A DNA stretch of 64,000 nt from NCBI GenBank assembly GCA_024762975.1, contig JANTGJ010000001.1:2084-66083 (forward strand), given 5' to 3'. Source of the stretch: Candidatus Krumholzibacteriia bacterium (GTDB lineage: Bacteria; Krumholzibacteriota; Krumholzibacteriia; LZORAL124-64-63). Below, piece after piece: positions 47,201 through 56,136 of the stretch (the stretch's first letter is position 1; the number at the start of each line of letters is the position of its first letter). A program made the translations under genes and the position numbers. Below the pieces are notes generated by a model. It was not told where the DNA came from, searched no databases, and was given only the letters and a program-made list of their open reading frames with translations.

Positions 47201-49020
47201 CCGGCCGATTCTACGGCGAACGCGATGGGCAGTACGTGGCCACGTTGCGGCAGGTGGGCCAAGAGCGCGGCCTCGACTTCGAGGTGCCGTGGAGTGAGTT
47301 GAACGACGAGTCACGCCACGTCGCGATGTATGGCACAGGCGATCGCACCTATGACGTCGTCTGGCGTTTCAGGCGCGGCAAGAGCGAGGGCGAGCACGAG
47401 TTCCATGGCGCCTGGCCCGGTTTCTGTGGTCTGGTCGATGAAGAGTACGATCGCAAGCATGCCGATCGCCGCGGCCGCGAAATGCTGGGCGTGATGAGCG
47501 AGTCGGCCTGCTCCGCCTGCGCAGGCCGTCGTCTCGGACCGGAGGCCCTGCAGGTGAAAGTCGCCGGGCAATCCATCGCTGACGTGTGCGCGCTGGAGAT
47601 CGGGGCGGCGCACAGATTCTTCGACGATCCGGCCGGTCCGCTGGCGACCGTTCCGCACCTGCGCGACGAGGTGCTGCGCAAGCTGGATACACTGCGCCGG
47701 GTCGGACTGGGATACTTGTCCCTGGACCGTGCCACGGCCACGCTGTCGGGCGGGGAGAATCGCCGCCTGCGGTTGGCACGACAGATCGGATCGCGGCTGC
47801 GCGATCTGGTGATCGTGCTGGATGAACCGACGCTGGGTCTGCACCCGCGCGATACGGAATTGTTGTGGGGAGTACTCGAGGAGCTGCGCGACCAGGGCAA
47901 CACGCTGGTGTTGGTCGAGCACGATCCCGAGGTGATCCGTCGAGCCGATCATGTGATCGATCTGGGACCGGGCGCCGGGCGGCTGGGCGGACGCATCGTG
48001 GCCACCGGTACGCCGGCCGAGATCGAGGCGAATGAAGACTCGGTGACAGGACATTGGCTGGGCGAGTCGATCACACCACACCCCGGCACTGCCGGCACCG
48101 GCCATGAGAAACTGGCCGTGCGCGGCGCCTGCGTGAACAACCTGCGTGACCTCGACGCCGAGTTCCTGGTGGGTGGTTTGAACGCGGTCGTCGGCGTATC
48201 GGGCAGCGGAAAATCGAGTCTGGTTTTTGGTGCTCTGGGCGCCACGGCCGAAGCGGGCCGGCCGACCGGCTGTCGCCAGGTGGAAGGCCTGGATCGCTTC
48301 GATGAGGTCGTTGCGATTCAGCCGGGGCCGTCGCTCGCGGGCGGCGCCGGGAACCCGGCCACGGCTTCAGGGATCGTCGCGCCCGTGCGCAAACTGCTGG
48401 CCACGACCCGGGAGGCGCAGCAGGCCGGATTCGCCGTCCGCCACTTCGGCACCGCCAGCAAAGGAGGCCGGTGCGAGAATTGCGCAGGTTCCGGGCGCAT
48501 CGAAGTGGCCCTGGATTTCCTGAGCGATGTCCACTCGGCCTGTCCCCAGTGCGGCGGCGAAGGTTTTCGCGACGAAGTGCTGGCCTGCCGTTGGAGAGGT
48601 TCCAACATCGCCGATATCCTGCGAATGACGATCGGTGAGGCGCTCGAGTTTTTCGACGACCAGAAGAAGATCACGGCCGGTCTGCAACCGCTGGCCGACG
48701 TGGGCCTCGACTACCTGACCCTGGGTCAGCCGACCCGCACTCTCTCGGGCGGGGAACGCCAGCGGCTGAATCTGGCCTGCCGCCTGCTGCCGGGACGGCG
48801 TTCCGGCGGCGGTGACCTGCTGCTGTGCGATGAGCCGACCGCCGGGTTGCACATGGCGGACATCGAGCATTTGGGCAAGTTGATGTGCCGCCTGGCCGCC
48901 GCGGGCCATACCTTGATCTTCACGGAGCACAATGCCCAGCTGATCGCGATGGCCGACCGCGTGATCGAACTGGGACCGGGCGCTGGCCAGGCCGGCGGGC
49001 GGGTGATTCACACGGTGTAG
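44227..49020 (+). CDS. tandem-fused UvrA-like ABC ATPase (two class-II-type UvrA units, four nucleotide-binding domains, in one 1597-aa polypeptide)
   Basis: There are four Walker A sites, one of them 'GVSGAGKSS' and the others 'GVSGSGKSS', and four ABC signatures: LSGGEAQRIRLA, LSGGEAQRVKLA, LSGGENRRLRLA and LSGGERQRLNLA. Each half carries paired Zn-module cysteines (CEACRGLGV and CEACGGTRL, then CVECEGAGV and CSACRGRRF, then CPTCRGLGT and CSACAGRRL, then CENCAGSGR and CPQCGGEGF). Each half is about 800 aa, so it probably lacks the UvrB-binding insertion of canonical UvrA. Confidence 0.8.
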   Translation: MTQPATNPAIPDITVRGAHAHNLQGVDVQIPHHRLVVVTGVSGSGKSSLAFDTICREGQRRYLESFSSRARQLLGKLGQCEAESLDHLGAAIALDQKTSVRNPRSTVGTISELNAHLRLLLARRGETATGDHLSRGELSFNGRGACEACRGLGVQDAIDPSKLIADDRKSLREGALVITTDSGYVMYSQVTMDVLNQVCQAHDFHVDIPWREMTDEQKHIVLYGSDRIEIPFGKHPLESRMKWSGITARPRQMGHYGGIVPVMEGILRRDRNRNILRFARTGPCEACGGTRLNERARSVRWAGRNLAEISALAIGELDAFFRGLVATHVADEAFRAIAKEILRRTELLIDLGLEYLTLDRDAPSLSGGEAQRIRLAVIAGSRLRGITYVLDEPSIGLHPRDQARLLGVLRRLVDQGNSVLVVEHDEATMRAADWIVDIGPGAGAEGGRVLYSGPPEGLTTSGAESSPTRALLQGTLEFPVPSPRRATGTFTVRDAKLHNLRGLDVEFRLESFHVISGVSGAGKSSLLTELCTQVERAREAGDPAVRKLITIDQAPIGRTPRSNAATYTGLFDPLRTLYASQPRAKELGLGKGDFSFNNRGGRCVECEGAGVQRLGMHFLGDVEIPCSACRGRRFGPRILEVKYRDRDIAEVLDLSIAEAAEFLSDQKKLARTLDVLVELGLGYLSLGQPSTTLSGGEAQRVKLASELARPQVAGTWYVLDEPTTGLHGADTAVLLGALDRLVAAGGTVVVSEHDSAFLRFADRVIDLGPDSGANGGAVVFAGTPADLMKCSSSLTGRALAAEEVGPPPSRDPVEVVSPSQPIELLGVRTHNLQDIDVSIPVGRITVITGVSGSGKSSLAMATLAAEGRARYAENFSTWVRQQLTGSARADLSSSRGLLPAVAVSQSSGPSNPRSTVATMAEIHPLLRLLYSRLGEGFAGAERPTAGFFSFNELRGACPTCRGLGTITACDPRKLVTDPSLSLLNGALDGHKTGRFYGERDGQYVATLRQVGQERGLDFEVPWSELNDESRHVAMYGTGDRTYDVVWRFRRGKSEGEHEFHGAWPGFCGLVDEEYDRKHADRRGREMLGVMSESACSACAGRRLGPEALQVKVAGQSIADVCALEIGAAHRFFDDPAGPLATVPHLRDEVLRKLDTLRRVGLGYLSLDRATATLSGGENRRLRLARQIGSRLRDLVIVLDEPTLGLHPRDTELLWGVLEELRDQGNTLVLVEHDPEVIRRADHVIDLGPGAGRLGGRIVATGTPAEIEANEDSVTGHWLGESITPHPGTAGTGHEKLAVRGACVNNLRDLDAEFLVGGLNAVVGVSGSGKSSLVFGALGATAEAGRPTGCRQVEGLDRFDEVVAIQPGPSLAGGAGNPATASGIVAPVRKLLATTREAQQAGFAVRHFGTASKGGRCENCAGSGRIEVALDFLSDVHSACPQCGGEGFRDEVLACRWRGSNIADILRMTIGEALEFFDDQKKITAGLQPLADVGLDYLTLGQPTRTLSGGERQRLNLACRLLPGRRSGGGDLLLCDEPTAGLHMADIEHLGKLMCRLAAAGHTLIFTEHNAQLIAMADRVIELGPGAGQAGGRVIHTV

Positions 49021-49040
49021 GGGGAACGGGTGCCGGGCCG

Positions 49041-49409
49041 TTAGGCCTCGGCCGGCACCGGAGTCGGCTTCCCGTTCCTGTCGATGTTCACGTATTTGAC
49101 CTCGGCCCGGGTCACGGAGACCCGCTCGCCTCCGCTGCGGCGCCGGGCCTCGACGTCGACCCGAACCCGGATCGAGGTCCGGCCCACCTCGATGACTTCT
49201 GCATAGAAGCTGACCAGGTCGCCCACGTGGACGGGTTCCTCGAAAACGATCCGATCCATCGCCACGGTCACCACGCGTTGACAACCCCGTTCGATGGCGG
49301 CCACGGCGCCGGCCTGATCGATGTGGCTGAGGATCACACCGCCGAAGATGGTGCCGTGGTGATTCGTATCGCGGGGCATCATCAGTACCCGGATGGCGGC
49401 GTCGCGCAT
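49041..49409 (-). CDS. acyl-CoA thioesterase, hotdog fold (YciA-like)
   Basis: 'MPRDTNHHGTIFGGVILSHID' matches the YciA/BFIT-type hotdog N-terminus. Start at the internal ATG. Confidence 0.65.
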   Translation of the reverse strand: MRDAAIRVLMMPRDTNHHGTIFGGVILSHIDQAGAVAAIERGCQRVVTVAMDRIVFEEPVHVGDLVSFYAEVIEVGRTSIRVRVDVEARRRSGGERVSVTRAEVKYVNIDRNGKPTPVPAEA

Positions 49410-49516
49410 GTTCGGCTCCCGTTCAGAGGATCGATTCGGTTCCCCAAGGATCCAGCATAGTACAACGGCCCCCGCCGAGGCGAGGGCCGTTGTCGACAAT
49501 CACGGTAGTACGAGGA

Positions 49517-51541
49517 CTAATTCGCCTTCGCACTCCGCGCCCAGTTGACAATCACCAGACACAGGATCGTCAGGAAGGCGATGGCCAGGCCTTCGCCCAG
49601 CATACCTTCGAACTGGTGCTCGTTCAGCAGGTGCAGCTTGGCCATGGTCTCGTTGCCGAAACCCACGCCCAGGCCGGCGTTGATGACGCCGAAGAGCGCG
49701 CCACCGGCAATCAGACCCGATGCGATCAGCGTGCCCTTCTGGTGACGGGCCTTGATCAGCGCTTCGGAGCCGCCATGCTGGACGAACCACGCCAGCACGC
49801 CACCGAGCAGGACGGGCGCGTTGATCTCCATCGGCAGGTACATGCCCAGCGCGAAAGCCAGAGCCGGCACGCCGATGATGCGCAGCACGATCGCGAAGAT
49901 CACGCCGAGGGCGAACAGGTACCACTGCAACGGTTGCTCGGTGGTACCGAAGATGCCCACCAGGATCTCCTTCATCGCCGACGCCTGCGGAGCCGGAATC
50001 TGCGGGCTGCCGAAGCCCTCGCCGGCCTGCGATAGCAGCCACATGGCCAGGCCGCAGAAGACGGCGGCAACAGCGGTGCCGACAAACTTCAGCGCCAACT
50101 GCTTCGAAGGAGTAGCACCCAGCCAGTGACCGATCTTCAGATCGCTGGCCAATGCACCGGAGGCGGCCAGCGCGGTGCAGACCACGCCGCCGACCATCAT
50201 CGTCACGAACATGCCGGGGCCGCCCATCAGGCCCATCTTCTTCATCACCAGACCGGTGATGATCAGCGTCAACATGGTCATGCCCGAAACCGGGTTGGTG
50301 CCGACGATGGCGATCGCGCGCGCGCTCACCGGGGCGAACAGGAAGGCGATCACGATGACCAGCACGGTGCCGGCCAGCGCGAAGCCGAAGGCGTGTTCGA
50401 TGCCCAGACCGAACGTGAAAAAGACGATCGCCGTAACCGCGAAGATGGCCAGGCCGATCCAGGTGACGGACGTGGGAAGGGAACGGTCGGTGCGCGGCAA
50501 CTCGGTCTTGGCCCGCAGGTCCTGATGGCCCATTCCCTTCAGGTTGGCCACGATCGATCGGACCATCGAGGGTACCGATTGCAGGATCCCCAGCATCCCT
50601 GCGCCGGCGATGCCGCCGACGCCGATGATTCGCACGTAGTACTTGAACACCTCGTTCATGTTCATGTCGCCGATGGGGATGGTTCCGGGGGCGAGGACTC
50701 CCGGCACATGCTGGCCGATGGCATGGAAGGCCGGGACCAGCAGCCACGAGCTCATGAAGGATCCGGCGCAGATGATCGCCGCGTACTTCACACCGATGAT
50801 GTAGCCCACGCCGACGATGGCCGCGTTGTTCAGCAATGCGAGCTTCAGGAACTGCCCTTCCATGAACTTGCCGATCCAGACCACCTTGAAGGTGATCAGC
50901 TCACCCATGGCATGCAGCGTCAGCACCAATCCGTCGTACAGTGCGCCGATGCCGGCGGCGATGGCCAGGATCTTGGCCTGTCCGCCGGCGCGTTCGCCGG
51001 ACAACACGATCTCGGTCGTGGCCGTGCCTTCGGGCCAGGGAAATTTGCCGTGCATTTCGACCATGAAGTGATGACGCAGCGGGATCAGGAACAGGATTCC
51101 CAGACAACCGCCCAGGAACGAGACCAGGATGACCTGCCATACCGACGGCTGCGCAACACCGCTGCCGGGTTCGGCGGCCAGCATGTACAGCGCCGGGATG
51201 GTGAATACCGCGCCGGAAACGACGTGCGAGGAGTTCGCGCCCACGGACTGGACGATGACGTTCTCCAGCAGGGTGCTCTTGCGGGGCCGAAGCTGCGAGT
51301 AGCCGATGCCCAGGATCGCAATCGGAATCGCGGCCTCGATTCCCTGGCCCAGCTTGAGAGCCACGTAGGCGGCGGACATGGCGAAGACGGCGCAGAGAAT
51401 CAGGCCCAGACTGATCGAGCGCGACGTGACTTCGGCGACGTCGTCGCCCGGTACGACCGGGATGTACCGTTCGCCATCCTTCAGCTCACGCCGGGCGTTT
51501 TCCGGCAGACCGACCACGGTCGGTTGGGGGTCGTGCTCCAT
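49517..51541 (-). CDS. OPT-family oligopeptide transporter
   Basis: About 16 predicted TM helices, an approximately 670-aa length, and Gly-rich TMs with the OPT signature arrangement ('NMNEVFKYYVRIIGVGGIAGAG'). Start at the internal ATG (MEHDPQ). Confidence 0.6.
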   Translation of the reverse strand: MEHDPQPTVVGLPENARRELKDGERYIPVVPGDDVAEVTSRSISLGLILCAVFAMSAAYVALKLGQGIEAAIPIAILGIGYSQLRPRKSTLLENVIVQSVGANSSHVVSGAVFTIPALYMLAAEPGSGVAQPSVWQVILVSFLGGCLGILFLIPLRHHFMVEMHGKFPWPEGTATTEIVLSGERAGGQAKILAIAAGIGALYDGLVLTLHAMGELITFKVVWIGKFMEGQFLKLALLNNAAIVGVGYIIGVKYAAIICAGSFMSSWLLVPAFHAIGQHVPGVLAPGTIPIGDMNMNEVFKYYVRIIGVGGIAGAGMLGILQSVPSMVRSIVANLKGMGHQDLRAKTELPRTDRSLPTSVTWIGLAIFAVTAIVFFTFGLGIEHAFGFALAGTVLVIVIAFLFAPVSARAIAIVGTNPVSGMTMLTLIITGLVMKKMGLMGGPGMFVTMMVGGVVCTALAASGALASDLKIGHWLGATPSKQLALKFVGTAVAAVFCGLAMWLLSQAGEGFGSPQIPAPQASAMKEILVGIFGTTEQPLQWYLFALGVIFAIVLRIIGVPALAFALGMYLPMEINAPVLLGGVLAWFVQHGGSEALIKARHQKGTLIASGLIAGGALFGVINAGLGVGFGNETMAKLHLLNEHQFEGMLGEGLAIAFLTILCLVIVNWARSAKAN

Positions 51542-51754
51542 GAAGTACCTCTCTTGGCGGGGTGATGCCGGATCTCGGACGCACAACAGCATGCGCCCCG
51601 GAAACGGGGGGTACGAGCGAGGAAATACTAGAGGCTGCCGTGAAGGCGGTCCAGCGGTTTCGGCTGTTCGATCGGCCCGGAATCCTGTATACTGAATCGT
51701 CCCCATCCAACCCGTGTGCCGGCCGGCGACCCCGTGCGCACAGGAAGAAGCGTG

Positions 51755-52381
51755 ATGATGCGTAGCTTTCTGATGTGTGCCCTGTTCTTCGTTTGCCTGA
51801 TCACCGCCCAAAACGCCGTGGCGCAGTTCCGGACGGTAGACCCTCCTTCCTGCATCGTGACTACCCGTGCGACTGAGCCGGTTTCACTCATCATGTGTCC
51901 GGACGCGGACGGTACCCGCCTTGACCGGGCACAGGTTTTTGGCGGCGGTACGGTGGACGCCATGATCGTGATCCAGTTGCTCGATGAGGAAGGGATCGCG
52001 ACGCCGTACATCCCGCGGTTGGATCTGTGGCTCGGTGGTCCGGGGCTCGATCTGTGCGACGCGACAAATCTACCCGACTACGAACCCGGTGTCTCCGGGA
52101 TCACGGCTTTTTACTGGCCCTTGCGCGGGGGGGGCTGTATGCCCGAGCCCGGTCTGCGGGTCTATTATAACGGCGACCCCCTGGGCGACGGTGTGGTCCC
52201 TCACATCCGCGTAAATAGCCCCGATATGAATGCGGACGGTATCGTCAATCTGGCCGACGTGTGGCGCTTCGCCGCTGCTTTCGCTGGCTACGACTACGCC
52301 GCTGATTTCGTCTGGGACGGAGTCTTGAACCTGGCCGATGTCGGCGAGTTCGCAAAACATCTCGGGCACTCCTGTCCTTGA
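51755..52381 (+). CDS. small secreted protein with C-terminal dockerin-like double Ca-binding repeat
   Basis: AGGAAG RBS and signal peptide 'MMRSFLMCALFFVCLITAQNAVA'. The C-terminus has 'DMNADGIVNLADVWRFAAAF' and 'DFVWDGVLNLADVGEFAKHL', matching the dockerin type-I pair pattern (D-x-N-x-DG-x-VN-x-xD). Confidence 0.5.
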   Translation: MMRSFLMCALFFVCLITAQNAVAQFRTVDPPSCIVTTRATEPVSLIMCPDADGTRLDRAQVFGGGTVDAMIVIQLLDEEGIATPYIPRLDLWLGGPGLDLCDATNLPDYEPGVSGITAFYWPLRGGGCMPEPGLRVYYNGDPLGDGVVPHIRVNSPDMNADGIVNLADVWRFAAAFAGYDYAADFVWDGVLNLADVGEFAKHLGHSCP

Positions 52382-52476
52382 TCCGGAATTCGAATTCACT
52401 TGCGGCGGCGCCCGGCTTGGATCATCCTCCGCCGAGTTGTAACCAGCCCCCGACTTCCGCTCAGGAGGAAGATTCC

Positions 52477-53241
52477 GTGAATATACTGACAGTCACGACC
52501 CGCACACTGGTCGCCCTGGCCCTCATCGCGATGGCCCTGCCGGTCGCAGCCATGGATGTCGATGAATTGATCGCCAAGAACGTCGAAGCCCAGGGCGGCA
52601 AGGACAAGATCAAGGGTATCGAGACCCTTACCATCGAAGGTAACTTCATGACGCAAGGCATGGAGATCCCGTTCACGATGAAGCAGAAGCGTCCTGACAA
52701 GATGAAGATCGAGGCCTCATTCATGGGCATGACCATGATCCAGTGCTTTGCCGACGGTGCCGGTTGGTCGATCAATCCGATGATGGGTTCGACCGACCCG
52801 CAGCCGATGGCCGAAGTCGAGTCCAAGAGCTTCGCGATCCAGGCCAACATCGACGGCCCGCTGCTCGGCTACCAGGAAAAGGGTTGGACGGCGACCTACG
52901 AAGGTGAGGAAGACGTTGAAGAGACACCTGCCTACAAGCTGACCCTCGATACCCACGACGGGATCGTGATCGACTTCTTCATCGACAAGGAATATTTCCT
53001 GACGATCAAGCAGGCCACGCGCATCACCATCGATACGAACGAGGTCGAATCCGAGACCTATCTGAGCGATTTCCAGGAGGTGGAGGGGATTGTCATGCCC
53101 TTCGCCGTAGAGACTCGAATGGGCGGCGTAGTCGCCAACACTGTGATGATGACCTCGGTGAAGCTGAACCAGGAAGTCGACGACGCCGAATTCGAGATGC
53201 CCGAGCCGACCCCGGCTCCGGCGCCTACCGCCGGAGAGTAG
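52477..53241 (+). CDS. LolA-like outer-membrane lipoprotein-sorting family protein (periplasmic)
   Basis: GTG start 5 nt after AGGAGGA and signal peptide 'LVALALIAMALPVAA'. 'FTMKQKRPDKMKIEASFMGMTM' resembles the LolA_like family core. Acidic Pro-rich tail. Confidence 0.45.
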   Translation: MNILTVTTRTLVALALIAMALPVAAMDVDELIAKNVEAQGGKDKIKGIETLTIEGNFMTQGMEIPFTMKQKRPDKMKIEASFMGMTMIQCFADGAGWSINPMMGSTDPQPMAEVESKSFAIQANIDGPLLGYQEKGWTATYEGEEDVEETPAYKLTLDTHDGIVIDFFIDKEYFLTIKQATRITIDTNEVESETYLSDFQEVEGIVMPFAVETRMGGVVANTVMMTSVKLNQEVDDAEFEMPEPTPAPAPTAGE

Positions 53242-53273
53242 TGGAACCTGCCGAAAAAACAGTTACCATGCAA

Positions 53274-53307
53274 GGCGTCGCGACACGGTTCGCGGCGCCT
53301 TTTCGCG
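53274..53307 (+). terminator. rho-independent terminator
   Basis: GGCGTCGCG-acacggtt-CGCGGCGCC, a 9-bp stem with one G·U pair, followed by TTTTCGCG. Confidence 0.5.
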
Positions 53308-53347
53308 ATAGCGAACCCATGCGCGGGGTACGACGGGAACCACGGCA

Positions 53348-55816
53348 ATGAACGAACTGATCCAGGAACAGGACTGGCCCGAGGACTGGCGCGAAGCGGC
53401 GGAGAAACACCGCTGCCTGCACTGCGAGAACGATCTGGGCCCCTTCTGGCAGCGCGCCGAGGGCCCGTTCTGCTGCCGCGGCTGCCGCGGCGTCTACCAC
53501 ATGATCCACGAGGCCGACCTGGCCCGGTACTACGACCTGAAGTCCGGTGCCCACGCCCCGGCCGCTCACCTACGCCCCGACAGCCACGACTGGCTGGACC
53601 GGATGCTGGCCGAGACGCCACCCGATGCCCGCGGCATCCTGAATCTCTCCCTGGATATCCAGGGCGTGCACTGCGCGGCCTGCGTATGGCTGATCGAGGA
53701 GCTCTTCAATCGCTTGCCGGGCGCGATCCAGTTGCGCATCAATCCCACCCTGGGCACGGTCGAGCTGACCTGGGACCCGGCCGCCGGCGATCTGAAATTC
53801 TTTCTCGGTGAGGTCGAGAAATTCGGCTATCGCCTCGGACCCTCACGCAAACGGAGTCGTGGCAAATCGCGCGGGCTGCTGATGCGCATGGCCGTTTCGA
53901 TCTCGATGGCCATGAACGTGATGATGTTCAGCCTCAGCTACTACTTCGGCCTCGCGCCGGTGGACGGGCGGTTGTACCAGTTCATGGGCTGGCTCAGTCT
54001 GGCTCTGGCCACGGTCTCACTGATTGCCGGTGGCGGCGTTTTTTTCCAGGCGGCCATCGCGGGACTGCGGCGGCGGATTGCCCATCTGGATCTGCCCATT
54101 TCGTTGGGAATGATTCTGGCCTATCTGGGCTCGGTCTATGGTTTTCTGACCGGTGGGCCGGAGGCGGCCTATTTCGACAGTCTGACCATTTTTATCGCAC
54201 TGATGCTGGTGGGACGTTGGGCTCAGGAGCACATCCTCGAGCGCAATCGCAACGCCCTGCTGGATTCGGCCGGTGCGGAGAACCTGACGACGAAACGATT
54301 GGATCAGGACGGAACGGTTGCCCCCGTAGCGGCGACCGACATTCTGCAGGGGGACGAATTGTGGATCGCGCCCGGCGATCTGTTGCCGGTGGACGGAATC
54401 CTGATGCGCCGTTCCACCGAAGTTTCGCTGGACTGGATCAGTGGCGAATCCGACCAGGTCGCTTTCCAGCCCGGTGAGGTGATTCCGGCCGGCGCCTTCA
54501 ACGCCTCGGAGCACGGTTTTTCGGCCACGGCCAGCCAGGATTTCGCCGATTCCCGTTTGCAGGATCTGTTGCGCTCGACGGTGACGGCGGACGAGGATTT
54601 CCGTCCCCGTTGGTGGCACCGGATCAGCAGTTGGTATGTATCGTTGGTTCTGATCTCGGCGACCGCTGGATTTTTGGGATGGTACCGCATCGATCATTTT
54701 ACCGCGTTGGAAGTGGCGATATCCATTCTGGTCGTGACCTGCCCCTGCGCCCTGGGGCTGGCCACGCCCCTGGCCGAGGAGCTGATTCACTTCGCGCTGC
54801 GGCGATCGGGTGTCTTTCTGCGCAAACAGACCTTTCTGGAAAAGGCGCTGGACGTGCGCAAGATCCTGCTGGACAAGACCGGCACCCTGACGCTGGGGCA
54901 ATTGGCCCTGCATCCGGACTCAGCCTCCGTTTTGAGTGGCCTGCCCCCGGTCGAACGCGGGGTACTGCAACACATGTCCGCCCGCTCGAACCATCCGGCC
55001 AGTCTCTGCCTGTTTGCGGCGATGCGCCGGGATGACCGCCCGGCGGAGGCAATTCGGTCCGCCGCGGGAGAAAATCTGCGGGAAATTCCAGGGGCAGGTC
55101 TCGAATTCGAGTATGAGGGCGCACGGTGGCGGTTGGGGAAACCCGATTTTGCCGAAATGCGCGAAAACGCGCCGGGTGGGCCCGATGACGAGGTTGTGAC
55201 AACCTTGCCGAGCACGGGATCTACTGTTTTTAGTCGCAATGGTGAGGTTTTAGCTTGTTTCGTCCTGAGCGAGGAATTCAAATCCGATGCCGCGTCCGAG
55301 ATCGAATTCTTGAAATCAGAGGGTTTTTCTCTATTTTTGCTCAGCGGTGACAGCCAGGAAAAGGTCGCTGCGGCCGCCGCCGCGCTGGGCGTGGCTCCCG
55401 AGCGGGCTTTCGGGGGGCTGACCCCCGAGCAGAAGGCGCAGCGCGTCCGGGATCTGGATGAGCGAGATACCCTGATGGTCGGGGACGGGTTGAATGACAG
55501 CCCGAGCTTCGAGGCCGCACTCTGTGCCGCCACTCCGGCGGTCGACCGCCCGGTTCTGCCGGGAAAGGCGGACTTTTACTTCCTGGGCGACGGTATCGCG
55601 GCGATTCGCCGTTCGTTGTTGGCCGCCCGCCAGTTGCGTCGGGTGGTACGCTTCAATTTGATGGTGGCCGTGGGGTACAATGTCCTCGCCGTAGGACTGT
55701 GTCTGGGCGCGTTGGTCACCCCGGTGGTTGCAGCCATCCTGATGCCGATCAGTTCGGTTGCGGTCGTCTCGCTTACCGCAGTAAGGCTTTCGGGAAGGAG
55801 GCTGACATGGATGTGA
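53348..55816 (+). CDS. ccoI: copper-translocating P1B-type ATPase of the cbb3-oxidase assembly type (CcoI/FixI)
   Basis: 'CPC' in the TM segment ('VVTCPCALGLA'), 'DKTGTLT' phosphorylation site, 'GDGLND' hinge, and an N-terminal Cys-rich metal-binding region 'HCENDLGPFW…FCCRGCRGVY'. It lies directly upstream of ccoS and ccoNO. Confidence 0.8.
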   Translation: MNELIQEQDWPEDWREAAEKHRCLHCENDLGPFWQRAEGPFCCRGCRGVYHMIHEADLARYYDLKSGAHAPAAHLRPDSHDWLDRMLAETPPDARGILNLSLDIQGVHCAACVWLIEELFNRLPGAIQLRINPTLGTVELTWDPAAGDLKFFLGEVEKFGYRLGPSRKRSRGKSRGLLMRMAVSISMAMNVMMFSLSYYFGLAPVDGRLYQFMGWLSLALATVSLIAGGGVFFQAAIAGLRRRIAHLDLPISLGMILAYLGSVYGFLTGGPEAAYFDSLTIFIALMLVGRWAQEHILERNRNALLDSAGAENLTTKRLDQDGTVAPVAATDILQGDELWIAPGDLLPVDGILMRRSTEVSLDWISGESDQVAFQPGEVIPAGAFNASEHGFSATASQDFADSRLQDLLRSTVTADEDFRPRWWHRISSWYVSLVLISATAGFLGWYRIDHFTALEVAISILVVTCPCALGLATPLAEELIHFALRRSGVFLRKQTFLEKALDVRKILLDKTGTLTLGQLALHPDSASVLSGLPPVERGVLQHMSARSNHPASLCLFAAMRRDDRPAEAIRSAAGENLREIPGAGLEFEYEGARWRLGKPDFAEMRENAPGGPDDEVVTTLPSTGSTVFSRNGEVLACFVLSEEFKSDAASEIEFLKSEGFSLFLLSGDSQEKVAAAAAALGVAPERAFGGLTPEQKAQRVRDLDERDTLMVGDGLNDSPSFEAALCAATPAVDRPVLPGKADFYFLGDGIAAIRRSLLAARQLRRVVRFNLMVAVGYNVLAVGLCLGALVTPVVAAILMPISSVAVVSLTAVRLSGRRLTWM

Positions 55817-56058
55817 TCGTGGCCCTGGTGTTCATCAGCCTGACTCTGGTCGCTGCCGGACTTGTTTTTTTCTTCACACGCCTGTTCGATGGAGATTTCG
55901 AGCATGGCGATCGTCTTTCGCTGTTGCCCTTGGCCGATGACGACGGCATGAAGAAAAATCCGAGTAAATCCGAGGGTGACAAATTGGATGAAATGGGTTG
56001 TAATCCGGAATCAAAATCGGATGTGAACGGGAATGTGGATTCAGAAACAGGGGGCTGA
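55807..56058 (+). CDS. ccoS: cbb3-type cytochrome oxidase maturation protein CcoS/FixS, with an extended acidic tail
   Basis: Single TM 'MDVIVALVFISLTLVAAGLVFFF' followed by 'RLFDGDFEHGD', which matches the CcoS '…SGQFDD…' pattern. Overlaps the ccoI stop. Confidence 0.55.
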   Translation: MDVIVALVFISLTLVAAGLVFFFTRLFDGDFEHGDRLSLLPLADDDGMKKNPSKSEGDKLDEMGCNPESKSDVNGNVDSETGG

Positions 56059-56136
56059 CGGCCTCCGTGCGACCAGGATCGAACCCGGGTACAGCGGGTT
56101 CGCGGGATCGAACAATGAAGGAGGCGGGTGCTCCCC

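Noticed and set aside
49020-49075. Inverted repeat GGTGCCGGGCC…GGCCGGCACC immediately after uvrA-like stop
   Set aside because: It lies within the 3' coding end of the convergent thioesterase gene, has a mismatch and no T-tract. It was not called as a terminator.
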